A stretch of DNA of 63,090 nucleotides, counting the filler. It is 4 parts of 4 records of this genome, joined end to end, with 100 filler letters (N's around TTAATTAATTAA, not from the genome) between each part and the next. Parts side by side here need not be neighbours in the genome. Positions count along the whole stretch, not along the records: positions 18,077 to 46,460 come from SRR20825019_2158; positions 46,561 to 56,771 come from SRR20825019_2160; 2 more parts are not named here. The stretch is one strand, 5' to 3'. Made by a program: the position numbers and the translations under genes. The notes beneath the pieces were generated by a model, which did not search any database, was not told the origin of the DNA, and saw nothing but the letters and a program-made list of their open reading frames with translations. Positions within the stretch are counted from its first letter, which is position 1. Every line of letters starts with the position of its first letter. Below are positions 39,776-50,044 of this stretch, piece after piece.

Positions 39776-42727
39776 ATGGAGGAGATCGAAGGGCGTTTGG
39801 CCGATGTTGCGGCAGGGCGCATCTTTGCACTTGATGAGGCTGCGGCCGAAGCGGCGACGGCAGAGCTTGCCGAGGCCGTCGAGGGGCATGAACTTCCCGC
39901 AGCGCTCGCCGATCCCGAAGCGCCGCTGACCGCCTTTATTGCGGCCGCTTTCACACTCTCTCCTTTTCTCCACGACGCCTTCCGCTCGAAGCCTGAGCTG
40001 CTTTGCCGGATTGATGAGCCGATCCGTCCCCAGATCGAGGCTGAGATCGAACAGGCGCGCAATGCCTGGATTCCCGAAGGCGGCGCTCAGGGCGATGGCG
40101 AGATCATGTCGCGGCTTCGCCGTTCCAAGCAACGCGTCGCCTTCCTCACCGCACTCGCCGATCTCGGCGGCATCCTCACGGTCGACGTCACCACCGATCT
40201 CCTGAGCCGTTTTGCGGCCGCCGCAGTTGCGGCAACGCTCGATCACCTGCTGGTCTCTGCGGCCGGCGAAGGCAAAATCAGGCTGGCGTCCGCGCAACAT
40301 CCTTCGGAAAACTCCGGCGTCGTCGTACTCGGCATGGGCAAGCTCGGCGCAAACGAGCTCAACTACTCCTCCGATATCGATATCGTCGTCTTCTTCGACC
40401 CCGATGCCGAGATCATCATCGATCCCGACAACGCGCGTGAGCTGTTTCCCCGGCTTATGCGGCGGCTTGTTCGTATCCTGCAGGAGCGCACCGGCGATGG
40501 ATATGTATTTCGCACGGATCTGCGCCTGCGGCCGGACCCTGGCTCCACGCCGCTTGCGATTCCGGTCGAGGCGGCCCTGATCTATTACGAAAGTCGTGGC
40601 CAGAACTGGGAGCGCGCCGCCTATATCAAGGCGAGGCCGATCGCGGGCGATATTGCGGCCGGTGAAGCACTGCTCACCGAGATGACCCCTTTCATCTTCC
40701 GCAAATATCTCGACTATGCCGCGATCTCCGATATCCACGCGATCAAGCGGCAGATCCACGCGCACAAGGGCTTCGGACTCGTCGCCGTCCATGGTCACAA
40801 CGTCAAGCTCGGGCGCGGCGGCATTCGTGAAATCGAGTTCTTCGCCCAGACCCAGCAACTGATTGCCGGCGGGCGCATGCCGCAATTGCGCTGCCGTCGC
40901 ACCGTCGATGCCCTCGATGCCTTGCATCAGGCCAGATGGGTCGACAAGTCGACCGCGGATGAGCTGAAGGCTGCCTATTGGTTCCTGCGTAATGTCGAGC
41001 ACCGTATCCAGATGGTGCGCGATGAGCAGACCCATATTCTTCCGGAGGATGATGCCGAACTGCTGCGGATCGCCCGCATGAGCGGATACCGGGCGACCGA
41101 TGAATTTTCCGCAGCGCTTGTGGTGAACCTGGAGACGGTCGAGAAGCGCTATGCCCGGCTGTTCGAGCGGGAGTTGACGCTTTCCGGCGCGACCGGCAAT
41201 CTTGTCTTCACCGGCGAGGATGATGATCCCGGAACGCTCGAAACACTTTCGAAGCTCGGGTTCGAGCGGCCGGCCGATATCGCCCGCACCATCCGAACGT
41301 GGCATTACGGCCGCTATCGCGCCACCCAAAGCACCAAGGCCCGCCAGCGGTTGACCGAAATTATGCCCGATCTACTGTCCGCTTTCGGCGCCAGCCGCCG
41401 GGCGGATGAGGCGCTGCTTCGGTTTGATCGCTTCCTTTCCGGCCTTCCCGCCGGCATCCAGCTCTTCTCGCTGTTGAAGAGCAATCCCAACCTGCTGCTG
41501 CTGTTCGTCGAGATCATGTCCGCCGCGCCGCGCCTGTCCGAGATCATCGCGGCGCGCGCCCACATCGTCGATGGCATGCTCGATCCGGCGTTGCTGACCG
41601 AGATCCCCACGCGAGACTATCTGGCGGGCCGCCTAGAAGCCTTCATGAGCGGCGCTGAAATCTATGAGGAGAGGCTCGATCGCCTCCGGATATTCACCGC
41701 CGAACAGCGTTTCCTCATCGGTATCCGCCTGCTCACCGGGGCGACAGGCGGTTTCGCCGCCGGCCGGGCGCTGACCGTTCTCGCCACGCTCGCAATCGAT
41801 GAGGCGCTGGAGGGGGTCCTTTCAGAGATCGCGCAGACCCATGGCAAGCTTGAAGGACAGCGGGTCGCGGTGCTGGCCATGGGCAAGCTCGGCAGTGCGG
41901 AGTTGACGGCCGGTTCGGATGTCGATGTGATCGTGCTTTACGATTGCGACGATCCGCTCGGCGCTTCCGATGGACCGAAATCGCTCGATGCTCCCCGCTA
42001 TTTCGCGCGCGTGACACAGAGGCTTGTGGCAGCGCTCAGCGCCCCCACCGCTGAAGGCGTGCTCTACGAGGTCGATATGCGGCTGAGGCCCTCCGGTAAT
42101 GCCGGTCCGCTGGCGACCCGGCTCGCCGCTTTCGAGAAATATCAGCTTAACGATGCCTGGACGTGGGAGCATATGGCGCTGTCGAGGGCCCATCCTCTCT
42201 GCGGCGATACCTCGCTGATGGCGGACATGGCTGCCGTCATCGATCGGGCTCTGGTGAAGCCGCGCGACCGGGCAGCGCTTGCGCGCGATATCGCGGAGAT
42301 GCGGGCCAGGATCGAGCGTGAGAAGCCGGCGAAGAGCATCTGGGATCTGAAGCTGATCGCGGGAGGTCTGATCGACATCGAATTTCTCGCCCAGTTCTGC
42401 CATCTCGCCTCCGATCAGCCGCGTGAAAAGGCTGGCGGCGGCGAGGCGATGAGCACGGATGACGTGTTGATCCGTTTCGGGCCAGACCTGATGGATGCGG
42501 GCGATCTGGAAATCTGCCGCAAGGCGCTGGCACTTTATACCGATATCGCCCAATTGACCCGGGCCTGCCTGACGACGGGTTTCAGCCCGGCGACCGCGCC
42601 TGCGGGACTTCTGGATCGGCTGTGCAGACGTTCGGATTGTCCTGATATCGAAGCGCTGGAGGCGTTGATCACCGACACGGCTGATGAGGTGCGTTCGATC
42701 TTCAGAAAGCTGCTGCCGCTGGCGTAG
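39776..42727 (+). CDS. glnE: Glutamine synthetase adenylyltransferase/deadenylase
   Basis: Two nucleotidyltransferase halves: GMGKLG..ELNYSSDID/DLRLRP and MGKLGSAELTAGSDVD/DMRLRPSG. Confidence 0.95.
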   Translation: MEEIEGRLADVAAGRIFALDEAAAEAATAELAEAVEGHELPAALADPEAPLTAFIAAAFTLSPFLHDAFRSKPELLCRIDEPIRPQIEAEIEQARNAWIPEGGAQGDGEIMSRLRRSKQRVAFLTALADLGGILTVDVTTDLLSRFAAAAVAATLDHLLVSAAGEGKIRLASAQHPSENSGVVVLGMGKLGANELNYSSDIDIVVFFDPDAEIIIDPDNARELFPRLMRRLVRILQERTGDGYVFRTDLRLRPDPGSTPLAIPVEAALIYYESRGQNWERAAYIKARPIAGDIAAGEALLTEMTPFIFRKYLDYAAISDIHAIKRQIHAHKGFGLVAVHGHNVKLGRGGIREIEFFAQTQQLIAGGRMPQLRCRRTVDALDALHQARWVDKSTADELKAAYWFLRNVEHRIQMVRDEQTHILPEDDAELLRIARMSGYRATDEFSAALVVNLETVEKRYARLFERELTLSGATGNLVFTGEDDDPGTLETLSKLGFERPADIARTIRTWHYGRYRATQSTKARQRLTEIMPDLLSAFGASRRADEALLRFDRFLSGLPAGIQLFSLLKSNPNLLLLFVEIMSAAPRLSEIIAARAHIVDGMLDPALLTEIPTRDYLAGRLEAFMSGAEIYEERLDRLRIFTAEQRFLIGIRLLTGATGGFAAGRALTVLATLAIDEALEGVLSEIAQTHGKLEGQRVAVLAMGKLGSAELTAGSDVDVIVLYDCDDPLGASDGPKSLDAPRYFARVTQRLVAALSAPTAEGVLYEVDMRLRPSGNAGPLATRLAAFEKYQLNDAWTWEHMALSRAHPLCGDTSLMADMAAVIDRALVKPRDRAALARDIAEMRARIEREKPAKSIWDLKLIAGGLIDIEFLAQFCHLASDQPREKAGGGEAMSTDDVLIRFGPDLMDAGDLEICRKALALYTDIAQLTRACLTTGFSPATAPAGLLDRLCRRSDCPDIEALEALITDTADEVRSIFRKLLPLA

Positions 42728-42733
42728 GTAGAT

Positions 42734-44377
42734 TTACGCCACCGTCCTGCGGATGACGTTTCCCCTCTGCGAGCCGCATGTTTCGGATGCAAGCCCCGTT
42801 TCTCCAGCGTATCGAACCGTCATGTCGCGACCGAGCGCGCGATTGAGCGCGGCGCATTTGAGTTCCAGGCTGCGGCGCGCTGCGGCAAGGGCGGCCACCT
42901 TCTCAAGCAGGCGCGCCTGCTCGCTTTGGAGGCGGCATTCGTCGCTCTTGAATGCCGTGATATCGGAGCCCACGGTGAGCATCGCGCCACCGGGCAGCAG
43001 GTTCTCGCTGACGGCCTGCCATTGCCCCATCCGCGTCCTGATCTCGCTCGATACCGCATCCTCTCGGCAGACGCGGCGGATCACCACCGCCTCATCTGCG
43101 ACAAGGCTGTCGCGGCGGGCGCCGGCTTTCGCGCCGTAGGCTGCCGTGAAGCTGGCGTTGGCGAGCTCAAGCCGGCCATCCTTGCCCCAGAGCGCCAGTG
43201 CCTGCGGCATTGCGTCGAATGCGGCCTGATACAGGCTGGCGCGCTTTGTCGCAGCTTCGATTTCGCGGCGGCTCGCACTGGCCGTACGGATCGCCGTACC
43301 GCTGACCGCGATCTTTCCGCCGATCTGGCCAGCATGGGCGCGGATATCGATGCGGGCATATTGGCCGTCATGCTGTCGGATGCGGAACCCCGTCTCGATC
43401 AGCCCTGTGTCCGCCGGTGTGAACCGGCGGAAGAAGCCGCGGCGGTCGTCAGGATGGATGAGCGCCAGCAGACGCCTATGGGCAAGTTGTCGCGGTGTCG
43501 ATCCGAGACCGAGGGCTGAGGCGGCGGAGCCATCGAGAAATGCAATGCCTGTATGCGGATCGAACGACCATAGACCCGTTTCGCCATTGGCAAGCATGCC
43601 ATCGCGTTGCGCCTCGACTTCCGCCATCAGGCCGGCGGTCTGATCGGCGCGGTTGAGCTGGGCGTAATAGGCATAGACCACCACCAGCAGCAGCAGCGCC
43701 ATCGCCGCAAACAGCGTGACGTTGAGATTGATTTCTGCACGCCACAGCGCGTTCATCGCCTGCATCGAATGCAGCGCGATCACCATGCCGCCATCGGTTC
43801 CCGCCAGATGCATGGAAACCTGATAGGGGATGCCATCGATGTCGGTTTCCACGACACCACCCGAAGACGGATTATGGCGCGCGGAGGTGAGTTCGGGAAA
43901 GACGTCGGCAAGCGAACGGCCGACCAGGTTTTCGCTGTCGCCGGTCGCCGCCAGCACCACGCCTGACGTGTCAATCGCGACAAGGTCGGTATCGGAACCG
44001 GCCGCGACGAGCGCGCTCAGTTCCCTGGCGGTTGCCGCCGCGCTGGCTGGATCGAAAAGCCGGGGTTCGTCTTCGAGCGCGAAAAGGGCTATCGTCGACG
44101 TCAATTCGGTTGCCTGCCGAACCGCATCTTCCATCCGGGCATGGCTCGACATCAACGACAGGCCACGCGCTGCGGCCACACTGATGAGAAAGGCAATGAT
44201 GAGGAGGGGGATCGACTTCTTCAGGATCCGTTCGATGGCCGGCCGGTTGATGACAGGTAGGCCTTCAAGCCCTGCAAACCCCGCCTGCTGCGCCGCGGCG
44301 ACAGCTTGATGCCCCCCGGCGCGAGCGCGCAACTCACCGTTGACTGTGGGGTGCTCCCACATGTCCGATCTCTTCAT
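42734..44377 (-). CDS. PleC-like membrane PAS protein lacking the HisKA and HATPase domains
   Basis: 2 TM (SIPLLIIAFL, LNVTLFA..YAYY), two PAS-like regions, coiled coil, then stop; sits between glnE and pepN; no H, N or G boxes. Confidence 0.75.
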   Translation of the reverse strand: MKRSDMWEHPTVNGELRARAGGHQAVAAAQQAGFAGLEGLPVINRPAIERILKKSIPLLIIAFLISVAAARGLSLMSSHARMEDAVRQATELTSTIALFALEDEPRLFDPASAAATARELSALVAAGSDTDLVAIDTSGVVLAATGDSENLVGRSLADVFPELTSARHNPSSGGVVETDIDGIPYQVSMHLAGTDGGMVIALHSMQAMNALWRAEINLNVTLFAAMALLLLVVVYAYYAQLNRADQTAGLMAEVEAQRDGMLANGETGLWSFDPHTGIAFLDGSAASALGLGSTPRQLAHRRLLALIHPDDRRGFFRRFTPADTGLIETGFRIRQHDGQYARIDIRAHAGQIGGKIAVSGTAIRTASASRREIEAATKRASLYQAAFDAMPQALALWGKDGRLELANASFTAAYGAKAGARRDSLVADEAVVIRRVCREDAVSSEIRTRMGQWQAVSENLLPGGAMLTVGSDITAFKSDECRLQSEQARLLEKVAALAAARRSLELKCAALNRALGRDMTVRYAGETGLASETCGSQRGNVIRRTVA

Positions 44378-44396
44378 TGGTCTGGTTCCCTCGTCT

Positions 44397-44485
44397 GATT
44401 CGGCAAGCCGCCTTGCGAATCTGCCCTAGTGAATCAAACGTGATTCGTGTTGTCCAGCGCCTCAGGAGAACCTTTTGTTAACCAT
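44397..44485 (-). promoter_or_regulatory. Cell-cycle-type promoter region: four GANTC sites and a TTAACCAT motif
   Basis: GANTC at 44397, 44417, 44431 and 44442 (last two form GAATCA-N4-TGATTC); TTAACCAT at 44478-44485. Confidence 0.55.
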
Positions 44486-44602
44486 AAGCAGAAAAAGGCT
44501 TTTTTGTGTTTCTGCGTGATGCGCTCTGCCGCCAAACCCGGCTCGTTCGCGGTGCGCGCGGAAAGGCAAGGACTCCGAACGCACTTTTTTGCAAGCCCTT
44601 GA

Positions 44603-46460
44603 TCAGCTTTTCAACATGCGGTTGACGATGTCGCGGAGGTTGCGGGAGAGGTCCTGATGACCGGAAATGCGTTCAATCTCTTCCTGCGCCTTCTTTCGCC
44701 GGCCGGGTTCAAGCGACCGGAACGAGCGCATCGCCGTCATCATCCGCGCGGTGAGCGTGGCATTGCGCGGGTCTGTGGCAAGGATGAAGTTGGCGAAAAA
44801 ATGATAGCCTGCCCCATCCGGGCGGTTGAATCCGGTCGGATTGGAGGAGGCGAAAGCGCCAATCAACGCGCGAACGCGGTTGGGGTTGCCTTCGTCAAAA
44901 GCCGTGTCGCCCATCAGTTCGGCCACCCGTTCCAGCGTCGTTTCACCGGGAATCGTTGCCTGGGCGGTAAACCATTTGTCGAGCACCAGCGGTTCGCCGT
45001 CGAAACGTTGACGGAAATCGGCGAGCACGGCCTTCGTTTCCTCGCTATCGGGAAACTGGTGCGCCAGTATCCGAAGCGCCGCGATCATATCGGTCATGTT
45101 GGTCGCTGCGTCATAGGCGTTTCGCGCCGGCAGCGGCGACTGTTCGGCATCGGCGAGATAGGCAAGCGCTACGTTGCGCAGCGCTCGTCGCCCGGCACTG
45201 GCGGCATCCGGGCTGAAATCGCCGTCTTCTCGCAATGCCTCCACCAGTCGGTGGAAAGATGCGCGTCCTGAAGCGGCAATGGCGGAGAACACCGCCTTGC
45301 GGGCGCGGTGGATTGCGTCCGGGTCCACGTCTTCGCCGATCTCTCGACCGATATCGAGTTCGCTCGGCAGCGACAGTGCCAGCGCGCGGAAAGCGGGCTC
45401 GAGGCCGCCATCTGCAGCCGTTTCGATCAGGATGGTGCCAAGGGCGCTGTCATTTTCCACGCTTCGTCCGGCTGCCACCGCCGCCGTTGCGCGCGTGAGA
45501 ACCTCCAGTGCCAGGCCGTTGATCGTGTCCCAGCGCGCCACCAGATCGCTTTCGGCGCCCGCAATCTTGAGTCGATCTTCCCGCGACTGGTCGAACCGCA
45601 CCCGCACGGGCGCGGAAAAATCGCGGTTGAGCGAAATCGCCGGTTCCGCGCCGAGGCCCTCGAACACGAAGGTCTGTTCCTTCTCCGTCAGATGCAGCAC
45701 ATCACCGGTGCGTTCTCCCCCGCTCACCGCCGACGGTTCCATATCGTCTCCGTTCTGACCGATGAGGCCGACGCGTAGAGGAATATGAAGCGGCTGCTTG
45801 TCGCTTTCGCCGGGCGTCGGCGGCGTCGTCTGCGAAAGCGTGAGCTCCAGCCGTCCCTCCGTCTCATCATAGATGCTGTGCGCCTCGATCACCGGCGTCC
45901 CCGCCTGATGATACCAGAGCGCGAAATGCGACAGGTCCCGGCCGGTCGCATCCTCGAAGCATTTCAGATAGTCCTCGATCGTTACCGCTCCGCCGTCATG
46001 GCGGTCGAAGAACAGGTCGAGACCTTTCCTGAACCCATCCTCCCCAAGCAATGTCGCGATCATCCGCGAGACTTCGGATCCCTTCTCGTAAACCGTGGTC
46101 GTGTAAAAATTGTCGATTTCCAGATATTGCGTCGGACGCACCGGATGGGCGAGGGGACCGCTATCCTCGGGAAACTGGTTCGCCCGCAAAAACTTGACCT
46201 CATCCACCCGCACCACCGGCCGCGACCTCTGGTCGGCCGAAAATTCGTGCTCGCGGTAAACTGTGAGACCTTCCTTGAGGCTGAGCTGAAACCAGTCCCG
46301 GCAGGTGATCCGGTTGCCGGTCCAGCTGTGGAAATACTCGTGGGCTACCACCGCTTCGATGCGGGCATAGTCGTCATCGGTCGCGGTTTCCGGATCGGCG
46401 AGGATCAGCCGGTCGTTGAAGATGTTGAGACCCTTGTTTTCCATCGCGCCCATGTTGAAG
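44603..46460 (-). CDS. pepN: Aminopeptidase N, 5'-truncated by contig end
   Basis: GAMENKGLN, HEYFH...LKEG, YEKG, NPNRVRAL. Confidence 0.96.
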
Positions 46461-46560
46461 NNNNNNNNNNNNNNNNNNNNNNNNNNNNNNNNNNNNNNNN
46501 NNNNTTAATTAATTAANNNNNNNNNNNNNNNNNNNNNNNNNNNNNNNNNNNNNNNNNNNN
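46461..46560. other. Artificial contig spacer
   Basis: 44 N + TTAATTAATTAA + 44 N. Confidence 0.99.
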
Positions 46561-46590
46561 TGTGTGTGTGTGTGTGCGTGTGTGTGTGTG
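46561..46590. repeat. (TG)n microsatellite at contig start
   Basis: tgtgtgtgtgtgtgtgcgtgtgtgtgtgtg. Confidence 0.95.
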
Positions 46591-46637
46591 GCAGCGAGGG
46601 CGTGAGACGCATGGAACTGATGCTTTGTCATTCCCAG

Positions 46638-48096
46638 CTACGGCAGGTGAAGGACTTGTCGGCAAAGTTCAGGGCGGGAGGATTGGGCAGCGATTCGTAC
46701 TATCGCCAGCTCCTCGGGTTCTTTGGAAGGGACGGGTCAGTCGTGGTCATCCCGGAGCTCATCGCTCTTCTGCCCGATGCTGCCAAGCGCAAGGAGCTGC
46801 AAATCGTGCACTCGGACTTTGTCCACTCGCCTGATTCCTTCCCTACGCTTGGCGATGGCAACCAGCGGTTTGGCGGTGACGCGGCGCCAGGATCAACATG
46901 GTCCTCGGCCGCGCGGATTGACCCCAGCCTCAGCAGGGCAGACGACTTCCCCATCCTGCGTGGCGCGGATGAAAATGCCCTTTCATCGGCTTCCACGTGG
47001 GGTGAGACGCGGGGCCAGTCATCCCAGAGCAACAAGGAGGAACCCAAGAAGGATCACTATCCGGCGCTGGGCGGAGCGGCAAAATCGTCGGGGAAGCGGG
47101 CTGTGGCCACTGGTACGGTGATGACGATTTCAAAGGAGGGCGGGGTGACTACGGTCGACAAGGAAGGGAAGTCCGTGCAGAGGGTATGAGTGCCATCCGG
47201 TGTGGTGATTGTCCTTCGCCTGATGTTAGTCCTTGCAGAAAGCTTATTCAGCGAGAACATTGCGGCAATGGGAGGCCAACAAGAACGCGGGGAATCGATT
47301 CATTAACTGTGCGCAGTGCGGGGTGATCATTAAGGCGAAGGAGCAGTTCATGCACGACTTTGAGTGTGTCCCCAAGCCCGGATGGCAGGCCAGCAAGGAT
47401 GCCAATGGCGCCGACTATCCGGGGCTGCCGTCGCATGGGCCCTCTGCAAGCCCGGCACCTCAGACCGAGGATGACATTGAAGCCTCGAGGGATTTAGAGG
47501 CCAAGAATAAGGCTATGATGAAGTTGATGAAACAGTGAGGACACTCGGCACGGTGTGGGGAGGAGCGGAAACACTGATATGCGGTTGTGCAGGTATTCAG
47601 AAGGAAACGAGAAGCAGTTTGAAATGTTTCGCAAGGCATCGGCCCAGTTCAGGCAGGGCAAGATGAACCCCCTGCAATACCACCAGACGTTCCTCCGGAC
47701 TTTCCGGGACAAGGAGGCAGTGGGTGAGTGAAACGTGGCAGCGTAATGACTGAAACGGGGCTCCTGACTAGGCTTTTATCAGATTCTCTGTTTCCGATGT
47801 TAATGTCCCTTCTTCCTGACCAAGATCTCGCCACGGCTCTGGGAAAGATTCATGACCAGTACATGGCCAACCAATCCAACCGGCCTAAGGACGCATGGTC
47901 CGCGCCCAAAAGCGAGGCAGCGCCTGAGCCGCCCCGGTCCCCAACTTGGCAAGAGATTCGCAAAGTCGTAGAAGAAGTATCCGAGAAGGATAAGGGGAAG
48001 GGGCCAACGCCGGCGGCGGCGTCGGCGTCGGCGGGAGTACAGGGCAAGAAGAAGAAGAAAGAAAAGATCGTATTGATGCGCTCTGGTGGATTCTGA
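46638..48096 (+). CDS. Eukaryotic ZNF598/Hel2-like protein, 3' part, spliced
   Basis: Exons 46638-47183, 47239-47534, 47593-47723 and 47783-48096 join in frame across GT-AG introns. Contains repeated (D)FPxL motifs, PAH-like domains (PEL..LLPD), CxxC..H finger and KKKKKEKIVL tail. Confidence 0.65.
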
Positions 48097-48591
48097 ATTT
48101 TCTAAAAATAAGACATTTGTCCGCAATAACGACTACTCTTAAATTAACGACTCTGAATCGAAGCACCGGGGTGGGGCCCCGGCGCAGGCCGAGCCGCGCC
48201 GCCCCTGGGGCCCGCATGGCGGCCGGCGAGCAGCGCCCCCGGCGGGCGGCCGCGGAGCGCCCGGCCGGCCCGCGGCCCGGCTGAGCCGCGGGCGCGGCGC
48301 CGGGGGACCCGCGCCGGCCAACACTCCTGGCGTGCCGGGCCTCCGGCCGGGATCGGCCCGGCCGCAACCACACAGGCCATCCTTCTGGCCATGCACCAGG
48401 CAAGCAACACCCAAAGTGAGCGGCCCAGTCCCAACAGCTTGGCCTCTGGTGCGGTATTGATTCGGGCAGACGTGTTCAGCGTGCTGGGCAGACACAGCCT
48501 GGCACTTGCCACACGAGTCTCCGTTCGGTAAGGGGTGCATCCGCTGTGATATATGGTCACCCGTCTGTGAGAAGCCAAACTTAGTGAAAAG

Positions 48592-49146
48592 ATGGTCAAA
48601 CAGCAGGACTTCGCTCATGTGCGGTAAGGGGATAAATGCGGGGCGTCGTCCCTTTTAGGGTGGCGTTCTGACGTGTTCTATTTCACTAGGGAGAGGCTGC
48701 CGCCCTGGACAAGCGCCGACGTCGCGCGTTTCATCGAAGAGGACGAGGTGAACGGTCCCCTTCTTAAAAAGATTCGCATGGCGGGTGAGTGGGAGCGAGC
48801 AGCCTTTGGGCGGCAGGGATTGACAATAGGGCAATAGGCAACTTCTCTTACGCTTGCGGTGCCGCTGGTGGTGTTGGTGCGGCCGCCATGATGCTCCGGT
48901 CGTCAAAGAATGTCCCGGGCGCGGTCATGACCGGTGCCGTGGGTGTTGTCGCCGGTCTGCTCGCTGGTGACCAGGTCCCTAGGTTCGCGATGGGTATGAG
49001 CCTTACACGATTCCGGTTGCTTTGGGTTACTGATGCAATTTTTTTTATTTTTTCCCCGGATAGGTATTCGTAATATGGAGACTGCCAAAGTGAATGCTGC
49101 TTTCCTTGACTGGTGGTCGGCAGAAAACAACCCCAAGAAGAAGTGA
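48592..49146 (+). CDS. Succinate dehydrogenase subunit 6 (plant-type SDH6)-like, spliced; fragmented in the ORF track
   Basis: Exons 48592-48623, 48690-48784, 48838-48993 and 49064-49146 give MVKQQDFAHVRERLPPWTSADVARFIEEDEVNGPLLKKIRMAGNF...SKNVPGA...FLDWWSAENNPKKK. Confidence 0.7.
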
Positions 49147-49453
49147 TTTGGTTCCTCCTTTTTGTTGAATACAGTCTGTACTTTTACCTGCTCCAAGACT
49201 TGCGAGCATTTTGTCTGATAGATATTATTGTTTCCGCTTACGTACGGTACATTCAAATTTTATTCGAAGGAAAGATTTTGCTTGGTGATTCTATTGATAT
49301 GTATAATGACAGCTGGATGTTTGATGAGTGCAGAGGTTTCCTTGTGAAGCTTTGAAGGTGACAGAACGCTCAGAGTGAGCTGATCCTTTCCCAATGTTAT
49401 ACCCGGCGATTCTCGTCATGAGCCCCTTCCCTACAACAGATGATGCCCACACT

Positions 49454-50044
49454 CTAGTTGTCCATCTGTCCGGACATGGGCCCCTCTAGCGACGCACCAC
49501 CAGCCAGCTCGATCCCGTTCTTTAGCTTGAACTCCCGAAGTTCCTGCACACGACGCCGTCAAACACAGGTGACTCATTCATGCTGCTCCCGGTTACCTGG
49601 CACGCGGCACAATACCGACAGCACGCCCACACACAGTAGTCATCCAAGATGCTGTCGCTCTTGCAGCACTTGTTACAGGTGGGAGTCTACAGCGGATATC
49701 CCGTCAATACACCACCAACCAAGCACTCCAAGCTCCTTACATCAATCGCGTACTGTTCCCGCATCTCTCTCCTCCACTTAGCTGCGAAGAAGAACGAAAC
49801 CCAGTCTCCAATACCCGGGAGGAGGTAGGTGGGAAGACCATAGATGGCGCAGTCCTTTATACAGAGCTGGTTCTTGAAGTAACCCCTCGTCATCCCCACC
49901 AGGCACGGGTGGCAGAAATACCCGAAAAGGCCTGCGTAGCCCTCGCAAGTCAGCGAACCAACATCAGTCACCACACCACCAGTACATACACACGCCACAG
50001 CCATCGGCCATGATGTCAGTTAGGGAGGTCTGGAATCCGGACAT
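49454..50044 (-). CDS. PLAC8-family Cys-rich protein, 4 exons
   Basis: Spliced product MSGFQTSLTDIMADGCGVCLFGYFCHPCL...RREMREQYAID...DYCVWACCRYCAACQELRE, with the CxxxxCxPC and QxxRE signatures. Confidence 0.85.
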
